A stretch of DNA of 62,195 nt, the filler included, from Platydemus manokwari (lineage: Eukaryota): NCBI GenBank assembly GCA_037951405.1. It is 6 parts of 6 records of this genome, joined end to end, with 100 filler letters (N's around TTAATTAATTAA, not from the genome) between each part and the next. Parts side by side here need not be neighbours in the genome. Positions count along the whole stretch, not along the records: positions 9,596 to 21,574 come from JBBMOY010363334.1; positions 21,675 to 30,730 come from JBBMOY011306650.1; 4 more parts are not named here. One strand, written 5' to 3'. The translations under genes and the position numbers were made by a program. How positions within the stretch are numbered: the stretch's first letter is position 1; the number at the start of each line of letters is the position of its first letter. Below the pieces are notes generated by a model. It was given only the letters and a program-made list of their open reading frames with translations. It was not told where the DNA came from and searched no databases. This document shows positions 14,145 through 27,453 of this stretch, one piece after another.

Positions 14145-14325
14145 TGAATTATTCGTATTACGCGTCTCTAAAATAAATTGATCATTGTGCTTGGATTAAA
14201 TTTTGCATATATAAACATTGTTTTGGAAATATTATTTATTTATCAGTTAATGCGTAAAATTATTTTATTTGTATTTTCATTTCTTTTCAATTTTTATCAT
14301 TATTGCTTTTGTTATTTTCGGGTAA

Positions 14326-17300
14326 ATGGATTATAAGAATTACGGTTTTGGACATGTTAGTTTATCACATCAATACTTTAAAATAAAAGTTAGTTTAATA
14401 AGATTGGGATTAATTAAATATTTAGATCAATAAGTAATCTATCTTATCAATGGTTCTGTATGTCCTAATTTAAATGAATTTATTGATCCGTTAATTACAT
14501 TTCCATAGTAGTGTGGGACATGATAAGTTATTGATCATTTTAAAATTGATACTAGTAGATCGGTAATATGGAAGTTAACTATGATGATTTTACGGCTTAT
14601 GTACAACCGGATGAAGCTCCTATAAATGATATACCTTTGCATTCTAAAACTGCTAGTAGAAGGACCGTAGCTAAATATTTGAAAAGAAAAAGTACAATAA
14701 CTAAAGTAAGATTATTTATAAATGAATACAAACTATTTTCCTGAAATTGTGCAGTTAATTGCAAAGGATCAACAGAGCATGGATAGCGACAAATTTGAAA
14801 GTATCGAAAGTATTGATAGTTCTCCGAAGACAGAAATGGAAAATTCTAAATCAAATTATCAAATTTCTTTTTTTAATGAAAGTTATAATAATGATTTGGC
14901 TCCCTTGATTTTCTCATCGAATTTTTTAAACAATAATTCACTTTCAGACAATAAGGTTTTTAATTGCATTTAAAATGATATTTTGTTATATATAACTTAA
15001 TAAAACAGGAAAACAACAGTTCGGTTTCAGATATGCTTAAATGTGTTTTAGAAAGTAATAAAGGTTTCATAGATGTTTTGGAAAAAAATAATGAATTTTC
15101 TAATCACTGGTTATCAAATGGGATACCATTTGATTTTTGTCAATCTCAGCTGTCTAGTTCTGGCTTATCTGCTTCTATCGACAAGCAAGAACGTGAAATA
15201 GCGTATAATGTAAGAAATATTTTTATGCTAAACGTTATTATATGTTTGAAACAAACCAAATGACTGGATGGCCGCCATATTTATAAATATAATTAATTGA
15301 TCCTGTTATTTGTTAATTTTGTTCCACATCTGTACAGAGAAGTTTTCCGCGTGAGCGATGCAAGTATCCTGTTTTCGAATTTCTTATAATCCTGTAATTT
15401 TATCCATAAGAGGAATTTGTTTGATAAATTTTACACTGACTTGGTTGTTGATATATTTTTCTTAATTTCTTTAACACATTTTCATTGGTCATTGCATTTT
15501 CAAGCATTTCTATGGTTATTGTTGTGTTTCAAACATTATCTGCCCCGTTGTAGTGGTAACTGTTTAATTTTCCATGGTGATTTCCAGATTATTTTACTGA
15601 CTTAATCACTTCATACCTAATAATTTACATGACTTGATCATATTATTCTACATGGGCTTTCTACACTTGAATTTGATTATTGGCAGTATTTAAATAGCAT
15701 TTAGTCGACTTTTCTTTCAATTACCTTGACTGTCGATTAATTATATGCCATCTGAAAGATTAGTTCAACACATTATTAATTTAATAAAGTCTAAGCTTAG
15801 AGTCCAAGCATCTTTTAAAATTACTTTGTGCATACTTCTTTTCGCTTTCCTCCAATTAAAAATTATATACATTAAATCGAATCTCATTTTCAAGAAAGAA
15901 AACATATTAAAATTCTTAACTTTTGTCAGTGCAATCTTCTCGAAATCGAAAATCAATTGACATGACAATATTAAACACACTGTTCCATGGAATCTAAATT
16001 TAGATGCATTTCATAAGTGAGTGTTCTGGCTTATAACAATCCATTAATGGTTCCCCACAGCTTATTTTGATATTATCATCGTTGCTTTTAAAAATATATG
16101 AGCCAAATAATTATATTTTATTTCATTTCAAGAAAGCAGCTTACAGAACAGGCTGCCGAACAGATAAGTTCAGAAAATTCCAATTTAGCATCGATATCCA
16201 AACTAGAACTCCGAAGGAAATTTACAAAACCCGAATCCAAGATAGAATCGAAAGCGGTTGAGTTGATATGTTGAATAAATCATGATGATTATCTTGTATT
16301 ATTTTAATAGGAATCTCGGGAAAACACTTCTCAAGTTGCAGTGAATAGAAAATCTTTGAAAAAGCAGTTGCAAGTGTGTCAGTATTTATCAAAAAATCAA
16401 TGTTTATAACTTTTTTTTCAAATTTTGAATTGCTCAGATCAATTTTGAAGCAAAAGTACGCGAAAATGTTATGAACGAAAAACAAAATCAGCTTCGTTGG
16501 CAAACTTGTCGTGGTTTTCAACCAATATCCGAAGAAGAAATTGAAAATATTAAACAAAATCAAGAAAAAGAAATGAGGGAGTACAATGTAATAATTTTTC
16601 TTTATCTTTAGACCTACTTAACTTTGAAAAATCCCTCGTATTTAATTGCAGTTAATTTAGCTTAATTCTATTTTTAGACACATAACGCAGGATAGAATTT
16701 TGCACCAATCAGCATAGATTATTAATAAATAAACTAACCAATCGAATTGTTGAATGAATTTACGTGTTTGTAATTGTCAAATTATTTTTACAGCTTCGAA
16801 TTCGTCGCAAAGTCGCTCTGTGGGACTGCTATGAAAATTTAAAAATCAATAAACCTGAGTGGACGAAAACAATACGATTTGATTTGGACGATAAAGATTT
16901 TGACTATTCACTAAAAACCCCTCAATTCGTGCCAGAATGTTGGGTCATTAGAAAATCAATAATTGATCGTTTTAGATCAGCAGCATGGAGAATAATTATC
17001 AATAATCGATTGAAAATTCGATTGAAAAAACTAATTGAATCTGGTTGGTTTGATTTTGAATGATTTCATAGGATTACACTTATTGTAGGAGGGAATTTCC
17101 AAGAAATTGATAATTCACATGTTCATCCTGGTGGAGAAAATTTAACATTTTATCGCTCGCTCAATACAATAGCAGAAGAACGACTACCGAAAACTCAACT
17201 GACGCGTGATAATAATTTTGATATGACCGAATATAAATTAATGTTGCCATTGCAACCTCATTATCAATATTTGGATCTTCAGGTTCCTTTACAGATGCAA

Positions 17301-20300
17301 GTTCTTAATTATGAGAGAATAGACACATCTTCATTAAGCTACCAATCTTTGAAGTCTGGATGCAAAACGAAATCTCCTCCAACGGTGAGTTTCGTATTGA
17401 TTATCTTTATTTTAACGAAATCAATAAAAATGGTTATCAATAAATCAATAAATCGGTCAATAATAATGACTATTTATTGTTATTTTATAATTATTTTATC
17501 GATTAAGGAGTCACCAGATACATGACATGTTATGTTACTAAGAAAATGACGATGCCGTACAAAATAAATTATAATTATTTGTCACGTTGCTATGGATTTT
17601 ATTATTTAAAATTATCACAAGCATTTTAGGTCTTATTATTTTAAAAAAGAACTTATTTAAATGCGATGACTAAAATTTCATTTTTCAAACAATGTTTCTA
17701 CAAGTAATTCATAATTTATTGTATATCATAAAATTTATATAGCCTGTTACCATTGGTAGAGGTTCCTAGGATACTCGTGACTGAGCACTTTCTTGATAGC
17801 ATCTGAACTTTCTGATAATATAGAAGTGTCACTAGGCACTACATAAATCTGTTGGATATACCTTAGTATGGAATGCAATAATACTCGTTACCTGATTAAT
17901 CTGACTTCGAAAGATAATAAATTGATCACTAAGTTATATAAGATAAAGAAATTCACAAAATATATTCACGTGGCAATGCCTTTAAATAAGATTCTGCCAG
18001 TTAAATGGAAACGGATCGAGCCCGTGCACACTGTTGAAAATACCGGCCGAGAATCAATAGCGTTCGTAAATACTTTTATGATACCTTAAACTCTTACTCG
18101 GATTAACGTTAACTGTCACGGATGCTCTATATAATTTAGTGCTACTTCTACTCGTTTATACTGTCACGAATAATCGATACCTTCTTAAAATAGGAACAAA
18201 ATTTACTTGACTTTCAAATAAATTGATTCTGGTTTTTTTTCTCTTTTTGATGGCAGTCTTCTTCTGACTGTCTCGATTTAAAAAAATAAAATAAATAAAC
18301 TTAATTCAGATAAACAAATCTCTATTTGTTTAACTAATTCATTTTAATATTTATTTCTGGTAATTATTATTTTGTTTTAATGATATCTACTTATTTTTTG
18401 ACTTTTAAATATTAAAATCACCACTTATTAATTTATTTTTACTAATAACCTTTTTTAAAATTTATTTTCATTTGTATTTTACTTATCGGCCTCTTCAAAT
18501 ATTTATAAGTAGCCTTTACTTTACTGTAGTACATTGAATCCGTATTGTAGTTCCTTTGTAGTCCATTTATTAACAATTTCTTGCACTTCAAAAGGACCGA
18601 CTTCTCTTTTTATATTATTTAATCAAAAGAACTCTACCAAATATTTCTTAAATAATCAAAGCTGTTATCGCTTACTGATATTAAATTTCACAGGAAATAT
18701 TACATTTCATGTTTAACTTTTCCTACGGGTTACACAACATTCTAAAATTTGTACGAATTTCGTTTTAATGAAGTTTCATACTATATATGTCCAATAATCA
18801 AATCAAGATAATCTGCAAATGATTCGAGTAATATGATGTCGTTTATCTCTTGATTAATTAAGATTCGATAATGTTGAAAATAAATATAGAAAACTTCTCA
18901 TAGCATTTGAGATTTTGAGACTCTAAAAACCACTTACAATCTTCGAAACTTAAAATTTTAGAAATATTGTGAACTGCTTAATCTATTCTCAATTTTTTAA
19001 TATTATCTAAATTGTTAAGAATTCGATGTGAAAAATACTTTTTAATGAATAATTATTTATTTAAATCTCTCAGGTGGAAACTACGATAGAAACGAATGAA
19101 GATGAACCAGTATGTCCAATAAGATTTTCAAGGGAATCGGAAAATTTTGCTTATGACGTATATTTATTCATACATATATTTTTTTTTTCATCTAACTCAA
19201 ATCAAAATTTCAGGATAAGGATACAACTCTCGTGTCCTTCCCTTATAGTTGTTCCTTCTCCGATAATTACACATATTTCCCTCTTTATTATTACAAGAAC
19301 GAGCTATTAGAAGAGAAAGATCCAATTGAAATGGACTGGAAGATTTACAAATCTCCATTTTTAATGTGCAAAAAATTAATCAATGCAAGCTCAAAGAATC
19401 GTCTGGTTGTTAAAGCTCTAGAATCATGCTTAATTCCAGAAGAAGGTGATTTTGATTATTTTTTCAAAGGCATTATAGCCATTGGAATACTGTTTGGTGC
19501 ATAATTTATAAAGAATAGCTTAAAAAATATTAAAATATTTTTATCTGAATTAAGTTAAACATAGACTAAATTTACAAATTCAAACCCATTAATCGTTCAC
19601 TTTACAAGTGACCCTTGGTGACGCTTAAAATAATGCAATGTTTTCTAAATATTAAGATTTTATTGAATCCATCAAATAATTTTATAGCGTAATTTTTTCC
19701 AATAAAATTCACATTATTATATTGTTGTATTTACTACTCGCTGCCAACTCAACAGATTGCTTAGGTGGCTCCTTTTACATTTCGATTTCAATACTGAAAA
19801 GCATGTGTTCTGATTAAAGTTTATTTAAGACACGAGAAGTTTACAATTTAAAATTAGCACAGACTATAAACCACAAAAATAAATTAGTCGAAAGAACAAA
19901 CGGTTCCTGAACAAATGAGGAAATAAATAATAGACTCTTTTAAACAAAACACGTTACTTTACCCTTAATACTGTCGTAACTTGCAGTAGAATAATAGCAT
20001 TATTGATAGTAACGTACTATTACAATACTTTTGTCCCCAAAATAACAAATAACTCTCATTTCTAATTCTCGAAATGACAAAGATTACTGCTTAGCTTTCG
20101 TTTGCATGCCAATTCTTGGGTACAAACCTACCAACACTGACTAAATATATTTTAAAAGTTCTTTCTAAAGATCATTATTGTTATTCTAAAGGTTATTATT
20201 GATATATTTTATACTTGTTCAACTATTATTTAAATGCCAGTCACATTATAAGAATTCTAAAAAAATTTCTCTTTTAATTTTTTTAAATATCGATTTGATA

Positions 20301-20584
20301 CATGTATATTGAAATTATTTAACTTTTATTGATAATTTCTATTAGAAATTGGTTTTAGGAGTTTGATCCTCTATCATTAAGTACCTCTTAATTTAATAAT
20401 ATTATTGAATGTGACCATGTAATCATATAAAATAGATTTTGATAACTTTTTATATTATAAAACAGTGCCGAAATTGATGACCAAAGATGATCTGAGTAAA
20501 CTTGATTATGATAGTTCGATCAAGAGTCCAGTCATCGATTCAAAAATGATGAATGAAGAATTTCCTATTGAGTTTAGAATATAA
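14326..20584 (+). CDS. CFAP221: CFAP221/PCDP1-like cilia- and flagella-associated protein (divergent; 5' exon structure uncertain)
   Basis: Spliced exons give INFEAKVRENVMNEKQNQLRWQTCRG (about 16438-16587), WVIRKSIIDRFRSAAWRIIINNRL (about 16940-17030), LQVPLQMQVLNY and a last exon 20466-20584 ending IDSKMMNEEFPIEFRI*. These match, in order, my recollection of the CFAP221 blocks FEQKVRQD..NHLKWQ, RFQQVARKVMIQGRL, LKVP and MIKxEFP. Needs BLAST confirmation. Confidence 0.62.
17745..18740 (-). mobile_element. Probable gypsy 3' relic (integrase GPF/Y tail plus LTR-like sequence) in a CFAP221-like intron
   Basis: Minus-strand peptide KREVGPFEVQEIV (about 18570-18610). A less AT-rich block begins with tgttac at 17745 (would read ...GTAACA at an LTR 3' end). 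Boundaries are approximate. Confidence 0.35.
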
Positions 20585-20993
20585 TTATTTGGTATTCCAA
20601 AGGCTATGGTCCTTTTGGAACTTTATTTAATTAATATATAAAACAGTGCCGAAATTAAATATCTTTACCATTGATCCGTAAAAAGTTATTTCTTACCGTT
20701 CACCAAAATTTCGCAAATCTTTTAATATTATAATTCGCTTGAATTTTTTATATCAAGTTTTGTGAGAGTGATTTGTGATGAAAATCTATCATCTTATATA
20801 GTTGCTGAAATTCGGTAATTTGCATTTAGTATTTGTCCATTACTCACCAGTTTTTAATATTTTAATTACTTTGAACCCTATGATTATTAATTTTCAAAGT
20901 CTCTAAATTTAAAAATCCATTTATTTTAAGTGACATTATAAATTTAAATATAACTTATGATGCTAAGTAGTATCTGGTGAGTAATTCGAATGA

Positions 20994-21112
20994 TTTATCT
21001 GAAGATCCGAAGGATTAAAATCCAATTACACAAATTTATCTGAAGATGCAAATGATTGAAATCCCAATAAACAAATTTATTTGAAGGTTTGAATGATTTA
21101 TCTGAGATTCCG
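20994..21112. repeat. Degenerate 41-bp tandem repeat (about 2.5-3 copies)
   Basis: tttatctgaaga-like core at 20994, 21035 and 21076 (period 41) plus a partial copy at 21097. Confidence 0.7.
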
Positions 21113-21574
21113 ATTATTTGTAGAACGAGACGCTACAATTGAAATTGATGAGAAATTTTTCTGGCGAATCAACTACGTCGCGCACTATTTTATAGAAATT
21201 TTCCCTGTGGACGTACGTGGGAGTTGATTATTAATTTTTCAGAATAATTCGGGGTTTTATAATTTTATTTGCTATTACCATGGTGATGTGTGTATTAAAT
21301 ATTATTATTATAATTGTTACCATGGTGAAGTATTAATTCACCATGGTGATGTATAATAAATTTTATTATTATTTTTATTATTATTATATTTTTTCGGTGA
21401 TGTGGGAGTACGTGGACTATTATATTTATTATTATTATATGTTTATTTTTGGCTATTGCATTTATTGTTTTTTTTTTAATATTTATTTATTTTATTATTT
21501 TTATTTTATTTAATATTTTTATAATTAAGTGATCTAAATTATTATGGCCTGCTTTTTTAGCAGATAAATATTTT

Positions 21575-21674
21575 NNNNNNNNNNNNNNNNNNNNNNNNNN
21601 NNNNNNNNNNNNNNNNNNTTAATTAATTAANNNNNNNNNNNNNNNNNNNNNNNNNNNNNNNNNNNNNNNNNNNN
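21575..21674. other. Artificial contig-joining linker
   Basis: 44N-TTAATTAATTAA-44N. Confidence 0.97.
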
Positions 21675-22663
21675 TTACAATTTAGAATCGTTATTGTTTA
21701 TTTATTTATTTATATCTATAACTAAAATACTTCAATACGAACGCAACCTAAAACCTAATAACCAATCGTTTAGAGTCCGATTGGAAATCACGAGCATAGT
21801 CACAAATCAATGAAAGTAAAATAAAAACCAATAATCAACAAACCTCAATATCAACACCAGCATAAAATCCAATGAAAATTAATAATATTAACTGTCTGAT
21901 GATTATTATTATTGATTATAATTATTGGTTATTTAAGTTTTGTTTTACTATTGTAAAAGAAGATGATGAGAAAAGTCATCAATAAAAATTAATCAATAAT
22001 TAAGTGTGCAAAAATAAAGCAAGGAAGTCATTCGAAGAATGCATAAATTATGTTAAAAACTCGAAACACTGAATGATTAGGCTTATATATGAATAGCCGA
22101 TCAGAAACACATTTACAAACGCAGAAAACTATCTTAAAAAGTGATGGTGATTAGAAAATACAGAACTATAATCGATAGCATTATTCATCGGATGACAAGA
22201 AACATCCAATAATCAAGAAATTTAAAGGTAAGATATCATACAAGAAATTCAGGAGAATATACTTTACAAGATTCAACGAAAATGACAAATTGGACAAAGC
22301 AAAAATATCAGCGCTACATGACATATGGACATAACGTCATATCAACACAAAATGAAGTAACGATACTCAATAAACAAATAAAGACTGAAATAATTAAAGA
22401 TGTATTAAAATGCTTACAACATCAATATCATCACCCACACCGTTTCACTTATTTTCAAATAAATTATTGAACGCCGATGCAAAGGAAGATCAATTAAGGT
22501 TTAAATACTAATAGAGCGACCCTCTATAAGGACTTAATAAAATGATTTAAGAAGTAGATAGTGAAAATCAATATCACAATACCAATATTCAATAATAATA
22601 ATTATTATAATGAAAAAATCAACGACTCGAGTTCATAACAATCATAGCAAATTAAAATTTAAT

Positions 22664-24054
22664 AAACCCGACTGAAATCAATAATAAATTGAGTAATAAA
22701 AGATTAGAAACTGAAAAAATCAAAGAATGAAAATTCGTCTCAGTGATTCTTTTACTCTCATAAAAAGAGTTATAAATTATGTCTTGCATTCTTGCATTCC
22801 ACCCAGCATCAATATTTGTGGATTTTTTTGGTTACTTATTTATATATGCCCAAGTATATAATATTAAAAAATAAAACAAATCACATCGATAAATCAATAA
22901 ACTTTCGTTTTGGAATTTCTTTCATAAAGAACATCATTTTAAACAAGCGAAGGCATCTGGATAATCAATAATTATTCTAATAAATTCCGTATGCACAATC
23001 AATTTTAAAGCGATATATTTTTGTCGCATTCAAAAGGGTTACAAAATTTGTTTCGGTTTTAGTTTTTCAAGTAGCTTTTATATCGACTTTTTAGGTTTTT
23101 ATCATAAATTTTAATTTGTTATCGATAGGTCGATTGGAACTGATAAATCAAAAAATTTTGAAGGAAATGTTGGGCGCGCATATACATTTCAAGTGATGAT
23201 ATAACCTAGTGTTATTTAGAGTGACATAACCCATACGATAAAACCTAATGTGCACATACAGTTGAGCACCACATAACTCAATTTGCACGCATGCCTCAGC
23301 ATACATAACATTAACAATAAATAATAACCCTGATTATAGACTGGCCAGAGAAAAACATGCTCGGTGAGGACCTGCCGGCAAATAACAGCTCAGTCTCAAC
23401 AATAATGACAATAAATCAACTCGTGCCAGAAATGATTATTGCAATCTTGCTTTCAACATTTACTTTTAACATTGATAATAAACAATCAGCGTAACTTGTA
23501 TATTGGTGATTGTTTTAACTAATTACACCAGCAATGGGATTTATAACACTAAAACCATTATCTGCGTCATTCCACTTATTCTCATATAATTTTGTGAATG
23601 TCGTTACAAAGGAAAACCAATAAAATAAAGTTTTAAAAAACCCTACTGCAAATCAATAATTAATTGAATAATAAAAGACTAGAAGCTGAAAAAATCAAAG
23701 AATAAAAATTCATCTTCAGCGAATATTTTACTGTTGTAAGATATGTCTCGCATCACTCCCACTATCAATATTTGTGAATTTATGATTTCAATAAAGCAAA
23801 TCACATCGATAAATCAATAAATTTTCATTATAGAATTTCTTTAAAAAAGAATATAGTTTTAAAACTAACGAAAACATGGAAAATCGATAATTATTATAAT
23901 AAATTCCGCTAAGCACCAAATAAGAATGATAAAGCAATTGACAGAGCGATATATTTTTGTCGCATCCAAAAGGTTACAAAATTTGTTTCGGTTCTAGATT
24001 TTCTTCTGGCCTTCATGTCGTCATGTTATGTTTTTTTATAATAAATTTCATTTT
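22664..24054 (+). repeat. Diverged direct repeat pair (about 22664-23117 and 23638-24054)
   Basis: Collinear shared blocks such as ctgaaaaaatcaaagaat, caaatcacatcgataaatcaataa, taataaattccg, gcgatatatttttgtcgcat and ggttacaaaatttgtttcggtt. Confidence 0.85.
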
Positions 24055-27000
24055 TTTAATGAAAATAAAAAAACGGGATCAATTGAAGAATCCTCATCCT
24101 GAACAAGTCTATACTGGAATTGTATTTTTAATCCCGACAAAGATTTTAATAGTTAAACGAGTTCAGTTATTCGTTTGTCTGTTAGCCGTCAAAATTCATT
24201 TTAATTCATATATCGATGATGATCATTCAACATCAATATCATGTTGACATGTCCAGTCATAATTTATCGCGTAATATAAAGAATTAATTCATCGACAACA
24301 AAAATAAATAAATTATCAAATATCTAATCTACTGTGAAACGAAAAAGTCGATAAGGCTATTTATAGAAAACAAATCTGTATACATAAGCCGACGAAATTC
24401 ATAATGGCACTAACAGTAATCCATATATTTTGCAAAATCTTCAGTAAGGGATTTATTAATAATCAAATCATCCATCGATTTTTTCAAATCAATATTAATT
24501 GGAAAATAAGTATCATCGATTATTTTAAAAATTTGTTTTTCAGAATCAGGATCTCCTTATAAATGTTGTATCAAGTCACTTGACTCGATTATAAAATATT
24601 CAAGATCAATAAGCACATCATGTTTGGTGATGAAAATGTTATTTTATGGCCATAAAAAATTCATAAAAATCGATAAAATCTCTGAAAAACTTTGACTTAC
24701 ATGATATTTGAAAAATATTATTTCGTCACAATGGCGGTTTCAAATGTCTTTCACTTCCTAAGGCTCTTTCATCATCATGCAGTTCATTTTCTTATCTCAT
24801 CGTTGAGATGGAAATCTAAATATAAAATTATAACTCGTATTCGTCATTCATTGACATACTTTTCTTAAAAATTGATTCTAGAAATTTCTATCTGTCATTT
24901 ATTGATTGCATACAAAACCATTTGTGAACAAATCAAATATTAAAACAAAACTTTGTGTTTATCAATTAATTATTGATGATTTCTGTGTAATGGATTTAAT
25001 AAGATTATATTCACATGTAGATCAATCCAGATGATCAGCAAATGAAAACAGCTCGAATATCGATTGGAATAATTGAGTGACTTGATGAATTGTTGTGATG
25101 AATGAATGAATGATATCGAATATAATTGTATCAATTAATAGATATAATCAACACGATAAGAGAATATTAATCAAATAAGAATATCAGTAAATAATAAACA
25201 AATATTATAGCAGTGGTGTTGTGGGTGATCATTTGAGGTGCAAATCTGAAAAACTTATTTCTTGAGGCACTCCATAGTTAACACAGAAACAAATTTTAGC
25301 TTTTATTTTCATTGTTTAAGCTGTTCATATAACAATGTCATGGCATATATTATAGCACAGCCATTTGTGAATAATAATCAATAATAATGTTGTGATGAAT
25401 GATTGAATGATTTCGAATAAAGCTGTACTACTTTAAAATAAAATAATCGAGATATTAAATGAGATACCACATGCACTTGAGGTCCTGAAATAAATCGATC
25501 AAATGATATTGAAACCATAAATATTCACAAATCATGGCATGAATATTTTTAAAATTAAAAAGATTTTTATCATTAAATGGTGTCATTATATTTATTGATT
25601 ATTGTTTTATTATCATTCCTGATCGATTGATTGATAGTACATCAATTCATGATATTGATTTAGGCACTAATTTGTTGAATAAAATTAAATATGGGTTATT
25701 TAATGAATAAATAAATGTAATTTGTTATTAATTTTATAATATCGAAACGGTTCTTGACATCTCTTCTAATATTTGTTGATAAAAAATATACAATTTTAAC
25801 CAATGTCAGCAATCTGTTGTTATAATTATCGCAATTATAAATTGAGAGTCATTCTCGCTAAATTGCTCCCCATTAGAATGCAAGCAAATCAGTATTTATC
25901 AGTACTAATATATATCATTTGCTACTAATATAATACAATTCTATACATGTAATATCGATATCTCAGACGCACATTTCCTCATTACAGATTTGATAGAAGT
26001 TCATTCATGGAAACCTTTTATAACATGTGCACATATGATCATATTAAATTATCATATAAGTTTGGCTAGCTGTGGTGGGACACACTTGATTGTTTTCCAC
26101 AACAGGATTTAGAATATTTTGAGTTTAGGATTTTTGGATAGGTTTCTAGTAATTTGATATTGGAGTTGTTGGAAGGAGACAGCATATCATATCGATATTT
26201 TGGCACAATTATTCAATTCTTTTCCACAAGTACGTCAAGATTTCAACTTTGAAATATCAATGCAAAAGAGAATAATTTTTGGACTTCACATAATACCTAA
26301 AAGGAATTTGAAATATCAAAGATTTGTGCTTGATAGTGCTTGATGATTATTTGGAACTTGCGAATTGGGATATTATTAGACCCAAGTAAAATTATGATTT
26401 TTATTCTAAGACAGGTGAGTAAGTTCTAAATAAAGACGTTCTCCTACAGATTAATGGTGGAGAACTTCGACTGGAAGGAACCGAAGCTTTAAGTTCGTGA
26501 GTGAACCGAGATATTTAATTTTTTGTGAAAATCAATTTTATTTTAAGCAAGAGTTTAGTTGAAAAGGATAGATTGAATATCTCGAATAATCATTTTAAGG
26601 AACATTTCTCCAGATTCTAGAAAACTAGTGATACAGTAGGAGATGGATAAAATTGAAAATCCATCACCAACAAAATCTATCGACAACAATAAGTCGAAAC
26701 CACACGAATATTTACCAAATTGCGTCAATCTTGGGTCAGTGAATCTCCAAGCTGGCAGCAAGTTGTAGCATCACTCAAATGTACCAAATTTAAGGACTTT
26801 ACCAATCATTGCGAATTCACAAGAATCTTTCGAAATATCTACACAGCTTCACTTCACTAATTCTCCAACGAAAAATTCGCTAGTTTAGACAAATGATCGA
26901 ACTTCACATGCTGCAGATATCTAGCTAAATACTGCAACGTAACAAGATACTATTGACATTCAAATATTTGAGACATGCTTTCCTGTGGTTATTGCTGTTG

Positions 27001-27453
27001 TTTTTATATTGTCGTTTGCATTTTCTCCGAGATTAATTATTTGTATTCATTTATCATGGCAGTAAATTGGTAGCAGAATACATGCTACATTGAATAAATA
27101 TGTTGAACTATTTTTTTGAATTAGTCCGCAAGATTTGATAGATAATATAAACTGAGTACACTCGTGGTGATTAGTGAAGATCGTGGACTTGACTTTAAAT
27201 GGGTTAATATTAATTAAAACATCATAAATGCTTTAAATATATTATTTATCACTGCTTCAATGTTTAGGAATTGTCAAATTAAAACAAACATGAAAACACA
27301 TTAAATTATAGCATTGATAAATAAGTGATTATCAAGTTTATTTAGCTTATCTGATCTCTTGTTTCATCATTAATTACAAAATGGTTTTTTGTTTATTTGT
27401 TGTGATTACATGTTTGTCACATATATGAATGTGTCATTATTTGAAAAAATTAA

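Noticed and set aside
25095-25250. Box C motif GTGATGA as a C/D snoRNA
   Set aside because: No suitably placed CTGA D box with a terminal stem; part of an (ATGA)n-like repeat.
26700-26820. Decayed CCHC knuckle of a LINE ORF1 (PNCVNLGSVNLQAGSKL)
   Set aside because: Key Cys/His residues are missing; too degenerate to support as a feature.
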